Source of the DNA: Marsupella aquatica
Lineage: Eukaryota > Plantae > Marchantiophyta
NCBI GenBank assembly: GCA_973895155.1
Contig: OZ316894.1
Span: 2,062,457 to 2,126,456 of the forward strand
Direction: 5' to 3'
DNA: 64,000 nt
Shown here piece after piece: positions 25,433-39,189 of this stretch (position 1 is its first letter; each line of letters begins with the position of its first letter). Below the pieces are notes generated by a model. That model was given only the letters and a program-made list of their open reading frames with translations, ran no database searches and had not been told where the DNA came from. The translations under genes were made by a program, and so were the position numbers.

Positions 25433-26471
25433 ACCATGACTCTTGGGGTGTATTTAACTGAAATTGGGGGTGCAAGTGGAAAATGGAAATTGGGAGTAGG
25501 ATGAGTCTGATCAAAGGAGGTCTACTTTTAAGGGCCTATGATCTCACTGGAGGTTATCAAGAGCTCCTCTACGGGGTTGATGGTCTAGAGTGCAGCCTCC
25601 AGACCGTGACTTGCATGGGAGCATAGCTGAAAATAGGGACAAGAAGATCTGAGTTGGCAGGCCTGCACAGGCACACTTGTGAGGGCAGGTGCAAACCTGT
25701 AAAACAGGCATGGCTAGGTTGAACACTTGTGAGGGCAAGTGCAGACCTATCAAACAGGCACACTGGGATTGAACCTTTGTGAGGGCTGGAGGTGCGTATG
25801 TAGAGGGCAATGCAGCATTTAGCAAGACTGAGGGCAGGGACAGCAAATGCACACTGTGTGTGGGTATGCCTGTGTAATATCTAATTTGTTGAGGGTCTCA
25901 ATGTAGAGGGCAATATGGTGTGTCGAAGCACAGCTATAACTGAGTTACGGCTCAGGACATAAAATGTTCTTATGGCCAGGACAGATTTGCTATGGGCCAC
26001 CAAACTATGTACCCGGCCCATAAGGGTGGTACGTCCAGAAAATAAAAGTTGTAACACTTTGGTTACAGGCCCTAATGCACTAATAAGCAAGGCAAAGGGC
26101 AGGGACAGCAAATGCACAGTGTGTGTGGGTATGTTTTTGGTAATATCTAATTTGTTGAGGGTGTTGGGGTGGATCTCAATGTAAAGCAATGCACCAATAA
26201 GCAAGACAAAGGGCAGGGACAGCAAATGCACAGTGTGTGTGGATATATTTTTTGTAATATCTAGTTTGTTGAGGGTGCTAGGGTGGATCTCATTCAATGT
26301 AGAGGGCAATGTATCAATAAGCAAGACTGAGGGCAGGGAAGGCAACTGTACACTAGCTTTCTATAACCTCCAGACTGTGAGCTCCAAGTAGGTTCACCCT
26401 ACCTAGGACCTGCCCACAATCTTTGTTTGCCACTAGCACCCCCAGTTTCAGTTACACCCAAGAGTCATGGT
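25433..26471. mobile_element. Inverted-repeat-bounded (MITE/foldback-like) element with internal ~49-bp and ~120-bp tandem repeats
   Basis: Left arm accatgactcttggggtgtatttaactgaaattgggggtgcaagtggaaa is the reverse complement of right arm tttgccactagcacccccagtttcagttacacccaagagtcatggt. Internal unit aataagcaag..agggcagggacagcaaatgcac.gtgtgtgtgg.tat..gtaatatcta.tttgttgagggt occurs 3-4 times; one further inverted unit at 25203-25253. Confidence 0.6.
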
Positions 26472-28420
26472 GTAAGTCCTGCCAAGAGTAAATTTCAACC
26501 GCAATTATATAGTTACATTCTATAGTTTTGGATTGCAACCATAGGGTTCCATTGACGGGTAGATAATATATTATAAGTGAACATTATAATATAGTTACAA
26601 CAGGTAGGTCTAAACAGAGAAGCTCTTCGAGGCTTGCTCTATAAGGTTTTTCACTTTGCGGATATATTGGAAGCTTTGTAGTTGTTGTTGTGGGGACGTT
26701 GGTTGGGACTCACAGGCTTCATTAGTGAGCCTCAAAGCTTCATAATTAAGGATGATGGCTTTTGGCTCTAAACAAATGGCCATAGCTTTCTCACAGGGTT
26801 ATCTACTGTACTTAAAAGATTTTTCTTACTAACCTCTAAAGTGATTTACAGTCATCATGATAGCATATGACCAATCTTTATGACAAAAATTTATGGGTCA
26901 TGGAGTATTGAAGTTGGTAGTCCAGAACCTTTTCTGTCTACCTATAACCTTCATTGCTAGGGGTCTCAAAACTTCAAAGTTGTGGATGATGACCTTTGGA
27001 CATATATAAAATGACCATAGTTTTTTCACAGAATTATGTCAAACCATTTTTTTCCACATTTTTTTCAATAGCCTCTATTGTGACTAATAGTCATGACATA
27101 GACCTATCTTTATGGATCATGAAGTTTGGTATTCCATATTCTTCTGTCCATACCCCTAAGTACTATCTTCAGGTGCATCAATTTTTCTTGTTGGAAACCC
27201 CCTATAGGGTCTTTCTCTCCCATTCAAGGTCCAATATTTGTGCCATATCCAGTGTGTCGAGGGTCAGATTTGGCGCCTTTTTGGCAGTGACGCTGTGTGG
27301 ATATATATGATAGGTAGATCAATACATTTATTAGACTCACTAAAGGTGATCCCCAAAACAACGGACGCGCCGGCTATGGAGGCCCAGACAGAGATTACGC
27401 CGCCACCTTTGAACGGTACAGGAACGTAGTGATGTGCAGCTGCAAATTAGTATTATTATTCTGGAAGACATGTTCCCTGGAGGAGTGATTCGAGGACTGG
27501 AGGGGCTGGACTGCTGGAGATGGAAGCCACGTCCAATGAGGCACCGTGCGTGTTCCCAAGGAGTTGGGTGAAGTGTCCGTTCTGAATTAAATGAAAAACG
27601 GCTCCATCGATCCCCAGGCCTAGCGGCTTCACGCAGATATATCTAGGTCAGGTTCAAAATCCTTGCCTTACAAGCGGAGGAAGCGCACTGTCCAGCGAAT
27701 TTTCCAATCTGGACTTCACTGATTTGTCCTCTACTGGATGTTTCATCTATCGACTGCTCTTTTTGCCAGTCGAGAGTCGATGGAAAGTTGAAGGAGAACT
27801 TCGTGGTGTCCTGAAACTCAGATATGTGCGTGGATGGACATGCATGTTGCTGTTTGATTTTCGGAAGTTTACAAGTTGGTTGATCGGGAGTGCGTTGGCT
27901 GGGTATGCGCTTCACTTCTTAGCGTTCTGTTTGCACACTCGAAGAGCCCTAAGACATTTCTGCAATCCAATTGTCAGGAATATCGGATTGATGCATTGAG
28001 TTATAGATGCGTGAATCGAAGATAGTGCTGAGCTGATTGGGAATGCACACCGTTTGTTCGTAGTTCAAATTGTTCACCAATTCTGTTTGGGTGGGCAGCA
28101 ACAGTCGTGTCGGCCGTTGCTATACGTCCTACTATCAACGCTCGAATCTTCGACAATTTTGCTATCGAGTTTTCGAAATTTAAGGTATTCGCATGTCAGC
28201 GCTCTTAATACTGCAGTCAAAGTACATAATGGGCCTAGCTAGAACGCTTTCTCATCACAGTTCATGGATTTATTCACAGCTCTCGTGCATTCAGTAGTAT
28301 TGTAGAATTAATCCATCTCAAACGTGGGTCTCATAATGTACTCGCATTACTCATTGTCTGGAATTCTCGAGCTAATCAGTCGAAACATTTTTCAGGTTTC
28401 AGATTTCTTCATTCCGAAAA

Positions 28421-29612
28421 ATGGATTACAGACTTCTGAAGCGCAAACAATTGCAAGCTTTGTGCAAGCTGTACCGCATACCCGCCAACAAGACCAACGT
28501 ATTCATTGGAGAAGCGCTCCATGCCCTTCTCAATGTGAGAAACACTCTGCCATGTCTCGCTCTAATCATCCAATCGATTCTGAACTGCAGTCGTCAGGAA
28601 GTCAGATCGTTCTACTGAATGGGGACATCGATGACTGTTCGAATGTGGGCTCCTCATCGGAATTCATGTTCAAACTTTCGTACTGCATCTGTTACTACTG
28701 GTCTCACAGGTACTATGATTTTGTTTCCGGTCTCACGCGTACTACAATTTTGTGCAGGCACCTCAGGATCGTGAGCAGAAGATGGCGTCCGTGCCTTGCC
28801 CTGCAGAGGTCAAGTTGAGAGTACGCTTAAACCGGGCTGCAAAGTCCAAGAAAGTCGCTGCTGATGTGTTGGAAGCAAATGACATCTCCTCCCACCTAGC
28901 GAAAAGCACTACGCATGCAGATTTTAAGTATTTCAGGGTCGGAGCTGTTGCTGAAGTGAAGATTGAGGTTCGGCCTGAGACTCCTCTGAAATCAGCCAAT
29001 GTCCCTGAACTTGAGCAGACGATGGAGGCCATGCCGGAGCCTGCAGAGGTCGTCAAGTCGGAAACAAGTCCAAAGCCGGATGTGAGGTCCAATGAAGGTG
29101 CTGATGTGTGGGAAGGAAGGGCAGTCAATGATCTCTCATCCGAGTTCGCAAAATGCACCCTTGCTGCTGATTCCGAGTACGTCAGGGCCAACGAAGCTGG
29201 CATCGATATCATTGAAGCAGTTGCTGAGGGGATGATGCCTCCACCTGACGTTCCACGAGAGTCTGACTCTATGGCTGAGCAAGCCGAGTCTACAAGCTCT
29301 CTGGGTGATGTCATTTTGATATTCCTCACCCCCGCCTGGAGCCCTGGACCTTGGAGCACTCCACCGAAGGCCCTGACCAAAGCGCTCACGCATTCGGCAA
29401 CGACCAACACCGAGTCGTCAAGCTCTGCTTCGGTGTTCTTCACCCCCGCCTGGAGCCCTGAACGTTGGTGCATTTCAGCAAAGGTTTTGACAGAAGCTGT
29501 CAAGAAATCAGTAGAGGCAAAGTCTGAGTCGTCAAGCTCGCCGGCCGATGGGGCTTCGATATTCTTCACCCCCACCTGGAGCATTAGTGAACCTGCCTGG
29601 CTAGGATTGTAG
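28421..29612 (+). CDS. Protein with an N-terminal SAP-like helix-extension-helix motif and three C-terminal F(F/L)TP(A/T)WS repeats, ~322 aa; exons 28421-28534 and 28758-29612
   Basis: MDYRLLKRKQLQALCKLYRIPANKTNVFIGEAL resembles the uncharacterised plant family starting MDFHSL.RRELQALCK.NKIPAN.TN..M.DAL. Donor aat|gtgaga (28535) and acceptor tgtgcag| (28757) join in phase 0 to the 286-aa ORF. A probable 5' UTR intron acceptor lies at ~28396. Confidence 0.8.
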
Positions 29613-31305
29613 ATAGCACATAGCTCAAGTGAGAATTAACCAAAAACCTTATGAATGATAAACTCGTCCCAAAGCTTGGTGGCTGTCCGACTCCCTAATC
29701 AGATGTCTGATGATCACTTACTCATTCCATGTTGAAGAACTCCCAAATTACCCCATCGTTCGCTACATACAGAACCAACTGATCGATGATCCAGTAGTGA
29801 TCGGTGTACTGATGTAGCACTACGCAACTGGATCATTGATCTTTAGCAATTCATCCTCGACTCGTGTGGTACACTCATATCCCGGCACAGAGCGGGCAGC
29901 CATTAGAGATATCTCACTCAAAGGTATGCCTACGAGACCGTCGAGTTGCTGCTCTACACCATAAAACGATAACAATTTACTCTTCTCTGAGCTGTAAACA
30001 TGCAAAAATTAGAGTGTAGGTATGACTTCACATACAGCAAATGAATCCACGTGCGCTTTGAAGAAGACAGTCCACAAAGTCTGAAACATTCCATTGTGAA
30101 GAAGGTTGAACCGAGTTCAAAAAATGTCCTCCCACAATGAATTCATGAGTGGAGGAGCCCAAGTAGAGATTACCTTCAAGATGTTTTGTCGAGACAGTTA
30201 CCGCTGGACATGTCGAAACTGGCAACAGCCTAAAAGATTTTCCGAGTTTGGAACCCAACTGAATCCAGTATACGTTACAATGTGGAGGAAAAGAAAACTC
30301 ACTCGCACCAAATGACATGGCATCCGTAAGAGTGGTATCACCATAGCCTGGTGGGGGATGATGAAGCTGGAATAGCGAATGGATGGAATTTTATATTGTG
30401 CATTTTGGGCACCTACCAGAACCCATCGTCCCATCCACTGCAAACTTAAAACAATTATGGCTTTGAAGAGAAGCTGAAATTATTATGGACTGCAAGTAAT
30501 GTTGGCACACCAAAAAATGCAGCAGCATAAGGTGTACTGTGTCACAGGCATGTCAATTATAGCTTTGAAGAGGAGAGGACATCGCTATGAAGCACAAGGA
30601 ATGTTGACAAACCTCTAAGAACAGTAGCATAATAAGGTGTACTGTGCCACCCGGCATACGTGCGACACATTGGACTTATTTACAATACTATATAAACACT
30701 ACTATTCTCTTATGTAATTGAGTGTTGTTTTCATCTACTTATCTGGCTGTTGCTTTTTACGAGCTTGTTTTGCTCCCCGGTAGCTTCAAGCGACCAGTCA
30801 CAGGGATCCCCACCTATCCCACAAACCATTCCAGAGACCCCTGCAAAGTGGTGGTATTGCCCCGCTTTGATCCGCACCGTTGGGCCCAGATCCAGGGGTT
30901 AGTCCAATCCCTGTTGTTCATGAGGGCAGAAAAGTCAGGGCCCCACTGGGGTTTGTTTTTGGTCCTTGTTCCCTGATCCAGCCATTCACACTCAGGCCAG
31001 CCATTTTCAGAGGCTGGTGGAAGTGCGCTTAGAGCATCCACACTGGCACCCTTCATCAAGCCCGGCGGGCATCTACATCATTTTCCAAAGCATGGACGTT
31101 TCATTTTTTCTGGTTGTATCCATTTGTGGTGTTCAGATAGTTTTCCAGGATAGGTCACAAGAGGAATTGGCAAATTGGTCATTTTTGGCAACATTAAATT
31201 AAAAGTGTTTTCCAAGCTTTGCAAACTGCATCTACATTTGTGGCCTTGTCCCATGCCTGAATTGGACACCAACTTCCCTTATCCTCTGTACTCTGAGCTA
31301 TATAT

Positions 31306-31709
31306 GTGACTAATGCTCTACAAAGTTGTGTAATTCAGCAAATGCATGAATTGCTGTTGTTTGTAGTGCACAGTACACACTGCCCACCACAGTGTGATAG
31401 GAGCATGCCTCAATGGCAACCACTTGGGCACCTGACATTGTTTTGTTTGGGAGGGCTAACAGATCCCAGGCCTGCATTGGAGTCTCAAAAAGGTCCAGTT
31501 ACCAGCCAGCAGCTGGTGCGGATGCTCGTATTACAATGGAAGGTATCCTAGGGAGAGAGGTGTCTGATATATCTAATGGTATGGTTGGTGGTGCAATATC
31601 ATTCCAGGTGCTTCTCTACTAACCATATCAATCCATGTAGTTGTCTTGTATGTTCATCTATGCACTACAAACAACAGCAATTCAAGCATTTGCTTTGTAT
31701 GTATGTCAC
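31306..31709. mobile_element. ~400-bp MITE-like hairpin element
   Basis: 31337-31370 (agcaaatgcatgaattgctgttgtttgtagtgca) is inverted at 31661-31694 with 1 mismatch in 34 bp. Outer GTGAC...GTCAC ends. Confidence 0.65.
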
Positions 31710-33740
31710 CAAATGCTTCACTATTTTACATGATTGATTAATTTGGCATTCCATGAACCTGATTAACATGGCTGAAGATCTCAGCCCCTCATAAGATCTC
31801 AATAAGATTATCATTCCACCCAGTTATGAACAAGCTAGGGAATCTCAAGCCCAAAGCCACCCAAAATCTCCACAGATCCACCATAGACGATCTCTTTAGT
31901 TGTGAGGTACTCCTGGACATGCTAGCAATGTCCTACCATGGTGCTTGACCTGGCATGCCAAGCCATGTTTTGCCCACTGGGTCAAGTGGAGCCACTCCTT
32001 CCCTATTGACTAGGGTTAGTCGTATCTCTCCACCGACCACTTTCTGGTTCTCACCGGCTCAGGCTCACTATTTGGTACTCCATTGCTAAGCCGTTTTAAG
32101 GGGCAGATAATCTCAGCCCACGGCAGTCGTGACCACTCTTTGTTTCCTATAATGGGTAGTAACTTAACTCCATTAAACATTGTTTTTAGGTGGAATATCC
32201 TAACTCAATGTATTCCGTGTTATAGTACATTTCTATCAATCCTTTTTTTGGGTGTGGGGGGTGACAGTTTAGGATATTATTTAGAAATCACCAGAAATTA
32301 TTGCTAGCATAGGCAGGTCCTGCAATGAGATATCAGTGGGAGAGCATGGAGTGATCTAAAAGTAATATCCTAAAATAACTTAAATTTCTACTGAGGGCAT
32401 CTTATATGGTTGTCTTTTAAGAAATCATTGTAGGTTACCAGGGTTCTATGATGGCTTCTCGTGGGGGAGCCTTGAGGGCATAAAAATAGTTATGTTTCTT
32501 GAGAAATTACCAAAAATGGTATTGAGGCATGAGGGTCCTATGCTTATGCGGGTCACCAAAAGAACCATTTCTAGTGGAATGATGGTAAGTGAGTGGGAGA
32601 GAGCAGCAGGGGAAGTGGAAAACCATTTTTAGAGTGAGGGTCTTAATAGGAAGTGAGGGTCTTAATAGGAAGTGAGTGGGGGGTGTGGAAGGTGTGGAAA
32701 ACATTCATAGGGTAGGAGGTACTATGATGGGGAGTGAGTGGGAGAGTGGAGGTTATAATGGGAAGTGAGTGGAAGAGTGTGGAGAGTAGGTCTACCGTTC
32801 ACCTAAGAAAATGGACAATGGCAGGTAAGGGGGTAGGGCCCTTTTCACAGTGGCAGCTGTGCTTTATCAAGCACTCCAAAGGGTAAAGATTCTTACATCG
32901 AATAATGTCAACTTGATTTGCAATGTGATCGTTCACAATTTCACCATGCGGTTAAGCTTGTGCACAGACACATGGGACCAGCTCACTCAATTTAGAGAGC
33001 TTTGGGAGGATCGTCGATGTCAAATCCAATGCTTTCCAATCTCAATGTGAACTGAAGGCAAAAACGGAATGCAAGAGAAGCCAAACACTAGGAAAGAACA
33101 ATCCCAGAAAAGCTATAGGAGCAAGGCTAAGTCTGATTTCTGCACACACAGCTGCAAGGTGTGATTTCCTTCAATCAAAATCTCCTTGAACTCAACCGGC
33201 TCCAGACATGATGATCGCGGCAACCAAATCCTGCCAAGACAGTTCTCAATGTAGTTCGATCGAACCAAAATCGACCTCATCGCACACGCATGCACACTTC
33301 ATGATGAAGGCATTAGGCCATCACGGATACTTGATTCAGATTTCTTCGAACAACATTCTCTTCAATTCGCATAGCTAGAACACTGGACGATTAAAAAAGC
33401 TGGGATTATATTCATCTGTTCATGATACCAAAATTGGAAATCACAAAGCAACAGGATCTTTCTCGAATGTACTCGTCAAACAAAGATCAACAAGTCATGA
33501 GACAAAAATTGGAGCGGCATGGTGCTCCCGGAGCCTGGCGTGCTTCACCCACCATGGCCACCACGCAGATGCTTTACACTGTCCTGATGGGATCCGAGAC
33601 CCAAGTGCTGTGAATTGAGGCACTTCTCTGTACATGTCTCTTTGGGATGGAGGCTAACTCAGGATGATATGGCACAGGGCGAAAAAATTAGGAAGAAGCC
33701 GAAAATCAGAAAGAGAAATAAACTGCACAAAATACAGACT

Positions 33741-35973
33741 TCAGGGCTCGACTTCAACGCCACTGTTGAGGTCCCTCAACGGTGGGCTCGAAGGCTGTGA
33801 CCTCGCAATAGCCCCTCTCTGCCGTCTCAGCTGTTGCTGCTGGTGTTGCTGCTGGTGTTTCATCCTTAACGCAGCCATGGCCGGGCCAAGGATGGAACTC
33901 CCAGCATTGGAAGTTGCAATTCCTTGCCAAGGAGGGAAAGACGAGGCTTGCGGGATCGGGCTACGCGGGGGAGAGCATTGCCTCAGAGGTAATGCCGAGG
34001 TGAACAAAGGCACATTCGAGGCACATGAGAAATTGGGAGCGGGTGAGTGACTAGATGACTCCATTCCTACAATTTGCGCTAAACCTGGCCCCATAGTCGG
34101 TGCCGCTGGAAAATATGCTCCCACAGGGCGCGGATAAGCCGGTGCACTAAACGATGGAGAGGATGGTGCAACCGGTAGCGATGGGGGAAGGGTGCTGTGT
34201 AGAAGCTTTTGGGCGAGCTCCTTGGCAAGCGGTTGAGTTGTCTTCGCCTTTTTGCATTCTTGAGAGTTTGAGAGAGTATCCAGAGATTTGCTCTTACTTC
34301 TCTTTCGTGCAACCCAGACTCCAGGTAATGGCCGTGGCGACGTGAAAGAAAATTGGCTCAACGGGGTCCCTGGAGGTACGCTTCCCGGGTTCTCCTCAAC
34401 ATACCTGGCAGAGCATAGAAGACACAAGACATCAGTGGACAGTAAGAGAAATTGATGAGCTCCAGCAATAGACATGAGCAGCGCTTCCACCGACACCCCA
34501 CAACATTGCAGATAATTAAACAAGATGAAGCTAAACTGAGTGACATACGACAGAATAAACCGATCTTACCTTGCGACTTCAACACTTGAGCGCAGTGTCT
34601 TTCCTTCAGGCGCGATGTAGTACCTGAACAACCCATTTGGTCCTTAGATCTTGGTCAGACTGCTCATGTCTCCTCAATACACGCCACACTCCCATCTTAC
34701 AAGCCAAAGTGCTCAATTCACGCTGAAAGTGACCAAGAACTGCCTCCAACGCATCAAATCGACTCCTCTAACTTCAAAGAGGTACCGGAAGGGCACGACG
34801 GATGAAGAGTCTATGTTTCTGATCTTTGCCAGTAAGAATAATTTGGGACCCCACTGATCATCAATTTGAAAATCAATTGAAATTTGGGAAAATGCGATGC
34901 CTAGAATCTTACACGTCTGCAAATCTTGTTGAGCAGTCCCTTCTAACGACCACCTTTCGTGACCACCCAGGTGGAGAGGAAGGCAGGTTAGGCTTATCGA
35001 GAGCCCACACCGACCCAGAATCTGGATCCAAATCAGTTGGCTCATCACAGTTAGTATCAGACCTCCACTCGCTGGCATTCTCGCAGACCCACGGTGTTTC
35101 CAGAATGTGTTCTCGGATCTCCTCGTACTTTTCCCTGCTAGGAACCACTCTCCACTTCCTGCACCGGGCACACTGCACTGTTAGTATCCCTACCGTAGAG
35201 GTAGGCCACCTCGGAGGACGAACCCACTCGTCTGTCTCTGGAGCCTGTACATGGCCATTGCCTGGGGGGCATAGACGTGCCACACTCAATTCGTTTGCCG
35301 TACTCGTCGAAGAATTACACCTATTTCTATAGTTTGGGCCATCATGTACATTATCAGATTGCGAGGTCGTCTCTCTGGTCTCTGCGTTGTCCACCCTTAC
35401 GATGGCCAGCTCGGTATTGTGCTCCAGAATCTCCTCTGGTTCTGGATCCGGTACTACGACTAATGCCATTGACATATTCGATGACGATCCTTCTGCGTCT
35501 ACGTAAGTGTCGAGATCAATAATGTCAATTACGGTCGACTTTGCTACATTTCCATCTTCTTTCGCCTCTTCTATTATTTCCTCGTTCACAGAAGGTTGAT
35601 GGACAAACTCCTTCGCACGAACTTCGGTGCTCCCTTCCCACCCTTGAGTATTTGCAGTCTTCTCCTGCAAAGCCTTCTCCTGCATGGCATTCTCCTGTGC
35701 CATAGCCTTCTCGTGTTCCATAACCCTCTCTTGTTCCATAGCCTGAAATCGCCGAGACTCAAATCGCCAAGACTCAACTTGCTTAGAATGAGGTTGCCAA
35801 AACTGAGATTGCCGAAGCTGAGATTGCAGAGGCTGAAAATCTAAGAGGAGATTCCCTGGCTTCACCTCTTCTTTGCTCAGGCCAATCAAAGTTTCTGAGC
35901 TTACGGTAGCAACTGTCCCAATCTCTCGTGCCCTCTCCATGTTCTCAGCGAACCAACCACGCTCCGCCAGCAT
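33741..35973 (-). CDS. Methyl-CpG-binding-domain protein with CW-type zinc finger (AtMBD1-4/12-like architecture), ~592 aa; coding exons 35973-34913, 34623-34570, 34404-33741
   Basis: CW finger TVQCARCRKWRVVPSREKYEEIRE..PWVCENASEWRSDTNCDEP, then MBD WALDKPNLPSSPPGWSRKVVVRRDCSTRFADV/YYIAPEGKTLRSSVEVAR/YVEENP..SQFSFTSPRPL. Two phase-2 GT-AG introns keep the frame. Start is the first in-frame ATG after an acceptor at ~36014. Confidence 0.93.
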
Positions 35974-38900
35974 TCTGATTGATACGAGCAAAGAGTGTGA
36001 CTAACGCTCAACCTGCGCAAACAAAGTAGCAGAAGAGAATAAGAGCCTTCTCTACATGATCACTGGCCTTTGGAAACTGTTCGCAACTAATCCCTCCAAC
36101 TCATCAACTTCTTCGTCAGTGAACCCTCATGAAACATGAGATGCCTCTTTACAGCTATTAGATGGACGTCCGCATCTGTTGAGAAAGAATGTCAGTGTCC
36201 AATAGTCGTCCAATGCCGATTCATCAACTTGCGTAGTCGAAGTCCATCAGCATGTCTGCAGCGACTATTGACATATATCCAACAGCGCACATAGACAACG
36301 ACCCATTGTGCCCTCCCATGATTAACAAAAGAAGCCTCCAAAGAGTCCAAAACAGCCTCCAGCACTAAACTGAAGTCAGATTCCCTCCAAGTAATCCCAA
36401 GGAACTCTTCAGGGAACAAATTATTGCTGTACATGAATGTGTGCTCTAACTTCTTGCGACTGAACCCAAACTCGAGGCGGGTATGAACAATACAGCTACC
36501 CAAAGGATCTCGATACCAGAAGCCATTTAACGAGCGGTAGGTCAATGTCCCAAGTCGAAAAATAGTCTGCTGGGCTCTCTTTTAGCTCACTCTAGGCTCA
36601 GCCTCCTAGTGACAGGAAATGCCCCTCCTCGTACCTACTTTCCCGATGTGAGACATCTCTGTAAAGTGAATCAACAAGCGACACTCTGTCGCCTTGCCGT
36701 CATATATGTAACACGTTCTGTCCTTGGTATTGCTAAAATCTACGTAGCTTGAGTGATGAGTAGCGATTCACATTTGCGTACTCATTCGCCACATAGTAAT
36801 CATCGATGATCACCTGAAATCTTTGACTGGATGATCCAGTCAGCAAGCAATCCACCCTCGAATCACGACCTCCTTCGCCACTTTACTTGAGTAAAAAGTA
36901 CATGAGGCAGTGGATACATGCGCAGAATTACCTCGTGTAAGACGCAAAGCGAAGAGCAGCCCACAAAACCAGCAGGCCTCCCTCCGTCAAACACCCATCC
37001 CCCACAATTCCTTCGTCAGGCTCAGGCGATGTACACTTCCATGTTCACCAATATTCTTAGACAGTGTGGTACAGTATCATTCACCAGCCTCTCCATCACT
37101 TCTCGCCAGTCTCCACTACTCAGAATCTCTCGATCCGGCGCTGTACCACCACAGACGAATCTCCTCTCGCAGTGTGTTCACCGCACCTATGAAGATCTGG
37201 GCTAGGAGATTGGCGATCTATGATCACACTGCAGTACACCTATTCAGTGTTCTGTGGTTTTCAGCTTAAAACACTGTGCAGCTGATAACCCTCCTCTCCT
37301 TTGATCCCTTCCCTCCACAGTAGCCAAAAGCATCCAATTCAGGTTTGAATTTTCCCCCCGATTCAATTGCTTTCCGGTTCTCGAAGGACAATCATGCTCT
37401 CCTCCACTTTGCGGCCTCAGAACCCTATCAAATCATCAATGTTTGAAACTGATGGGTACTTCCACACTGTACAGAAAGGCGAAAGGGAAGGAGAGTAGCT
37501 CGCAACCAAGATTGATTATTCTACACCATCAGCTCACCCACTCGCTCACTCATTCCACCTACGAGTGGAACTGTTTGGATTTGGGGCTCCTCAGACCTCA
37601 GCCGTCCTCACTCGTGATGTCCGTGCTGGAATTGGAGAATGTCTCACAGATTTCACAGTACGGATGGCGGACGTGATTCACTGAAAGTGGAAGAAGGGAT
37701 TTTAGAAATCCAGAAACTGGGTTCTCGAGATCTCTATCTGCGCTGGCAAGCACCAAGAAGGGCAAGGGGCAAGGGGACCAGGCTCTTTTTGCATCCCTCC
37801 AGCCCAAGGAGGGCCAAGGCTGTGTTTCATGTGGGTCCACAACGAAAAAGTCAGGGAAAAAGGGAGGGCAAAGGCTGCTCCTTTTAGTGTCTCTAAACAA
37901 ATTGTTCTCTGATCTACCTGTGTGGTTTACTCCCTAAGTTTACCAAGTTTTTCAGTTTGTTAGAGTGGGGTTCCATGCAAGTACGGGCAGGGAGCGCCCA
38001 CCGCACGGACGCCCCAGGAACCGAGGGCCGTCTGCCATGCAGGGGCCATATGCTGCATTAGGGAGTCAGTCAGTAAGGCTTTAGTTGTTGTGCAATTGAT
38101 GGGACAAGGGACTCTCAGGTTTTGTGGCTATTTGGTCTAACCGGGTTTTACCCTTGTTTTACCCCATTTATTGAGTTTCCTACCTCTGGGATATATTTAA
38201 TAACTTCTTGTTATGAGATCAAAACCAGGACATGAGCCTAGCCTTGTTGGAATTTTTTGCAAGTAAAATTTGGATTGTCACTACCTTGCACAAGACTCAA
38301 TGGAAAGAAAAATGGGGACAAAACAACAACAGAAAACTGCAAGACATGTAGATATACATAAATGGCTGAAACCAGATGAGTTGCCAAGCATTCAAGTTGA
38401 GTGACTTACTGTTTGACATCAACATTAACTAGTGGGTGTTGATTACCTGTGGTTAGGCCTCCCTGTTCCTTGCAATGACTAGGGAACTTGGGTAATTGTA
38501 ACATGCAAGCAAACAGTAAAGTTGTTCCTCGCACAAGCAAAAAACATTCCTGCATGACCCATATTTTTCTACATGCAACTGCCTCGCTATCAACTACCTG
38601 GTTAGTAACATCCTTTTTGGGGGCTCCCTTTTTGCTAGCGAGCTCGCTAGCCATTTGGAGTCTTTAAAAAAACACCAAAAAATGTAAAAGGCACCAAAAA
38701 GCAACTGAAATTTGGAACCATTATTGTCTCGCTATCAAAATCTCCTCGCTATCAAAATCTCCTGTTTGCTCACAACATAGAATACCTCAGGGAACTTTGG
38801 GCAGGACAAATGACAAAATTCTGCCTCCACAAACAATAGCATTCATGGCAGAATTGTTCCATTGCTATAACAAACTGGAACTTCAGTCACTCAGTTCCAT

Positions 38901-39189
38901 AGGCTCCCCTTCCTTGTTGGCTTCCACTTCATCGTGTTCCTTCATTCTCTTCAATATCTGAAATGCCTCGGTAGCAACATCATTGATGGCAACATCTGCA
39001 GCAATTGCTTCATTGAATGCATCCTCCTCGAAGTAGTTAGATATCTCTATATCAATGTCCTGTGGTCACCAACTGAGTTCAACAATGCATTTGTGTCACA
39101 TTCCCCATACCATAAAGTGTTGTTTGAATACTAGTCCTCCTCCTTCACAATCAATGAGACACACACCATTTTAGTTGGGTTAGATAGAT

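Noticed and set aside
25881-26345. 154-aa repetitive ORF
   Set aside because: It is a translation of the ~120-bp tandem repeat inside a TE-like element, not a credible gene.
28763-29584. 273-aa antisense ORF over the SAP-like gene
   Set aside because: Antisense shadow of a GC-rich, Ser/Ala/Glu-rich coding exon; no domain features of its own.
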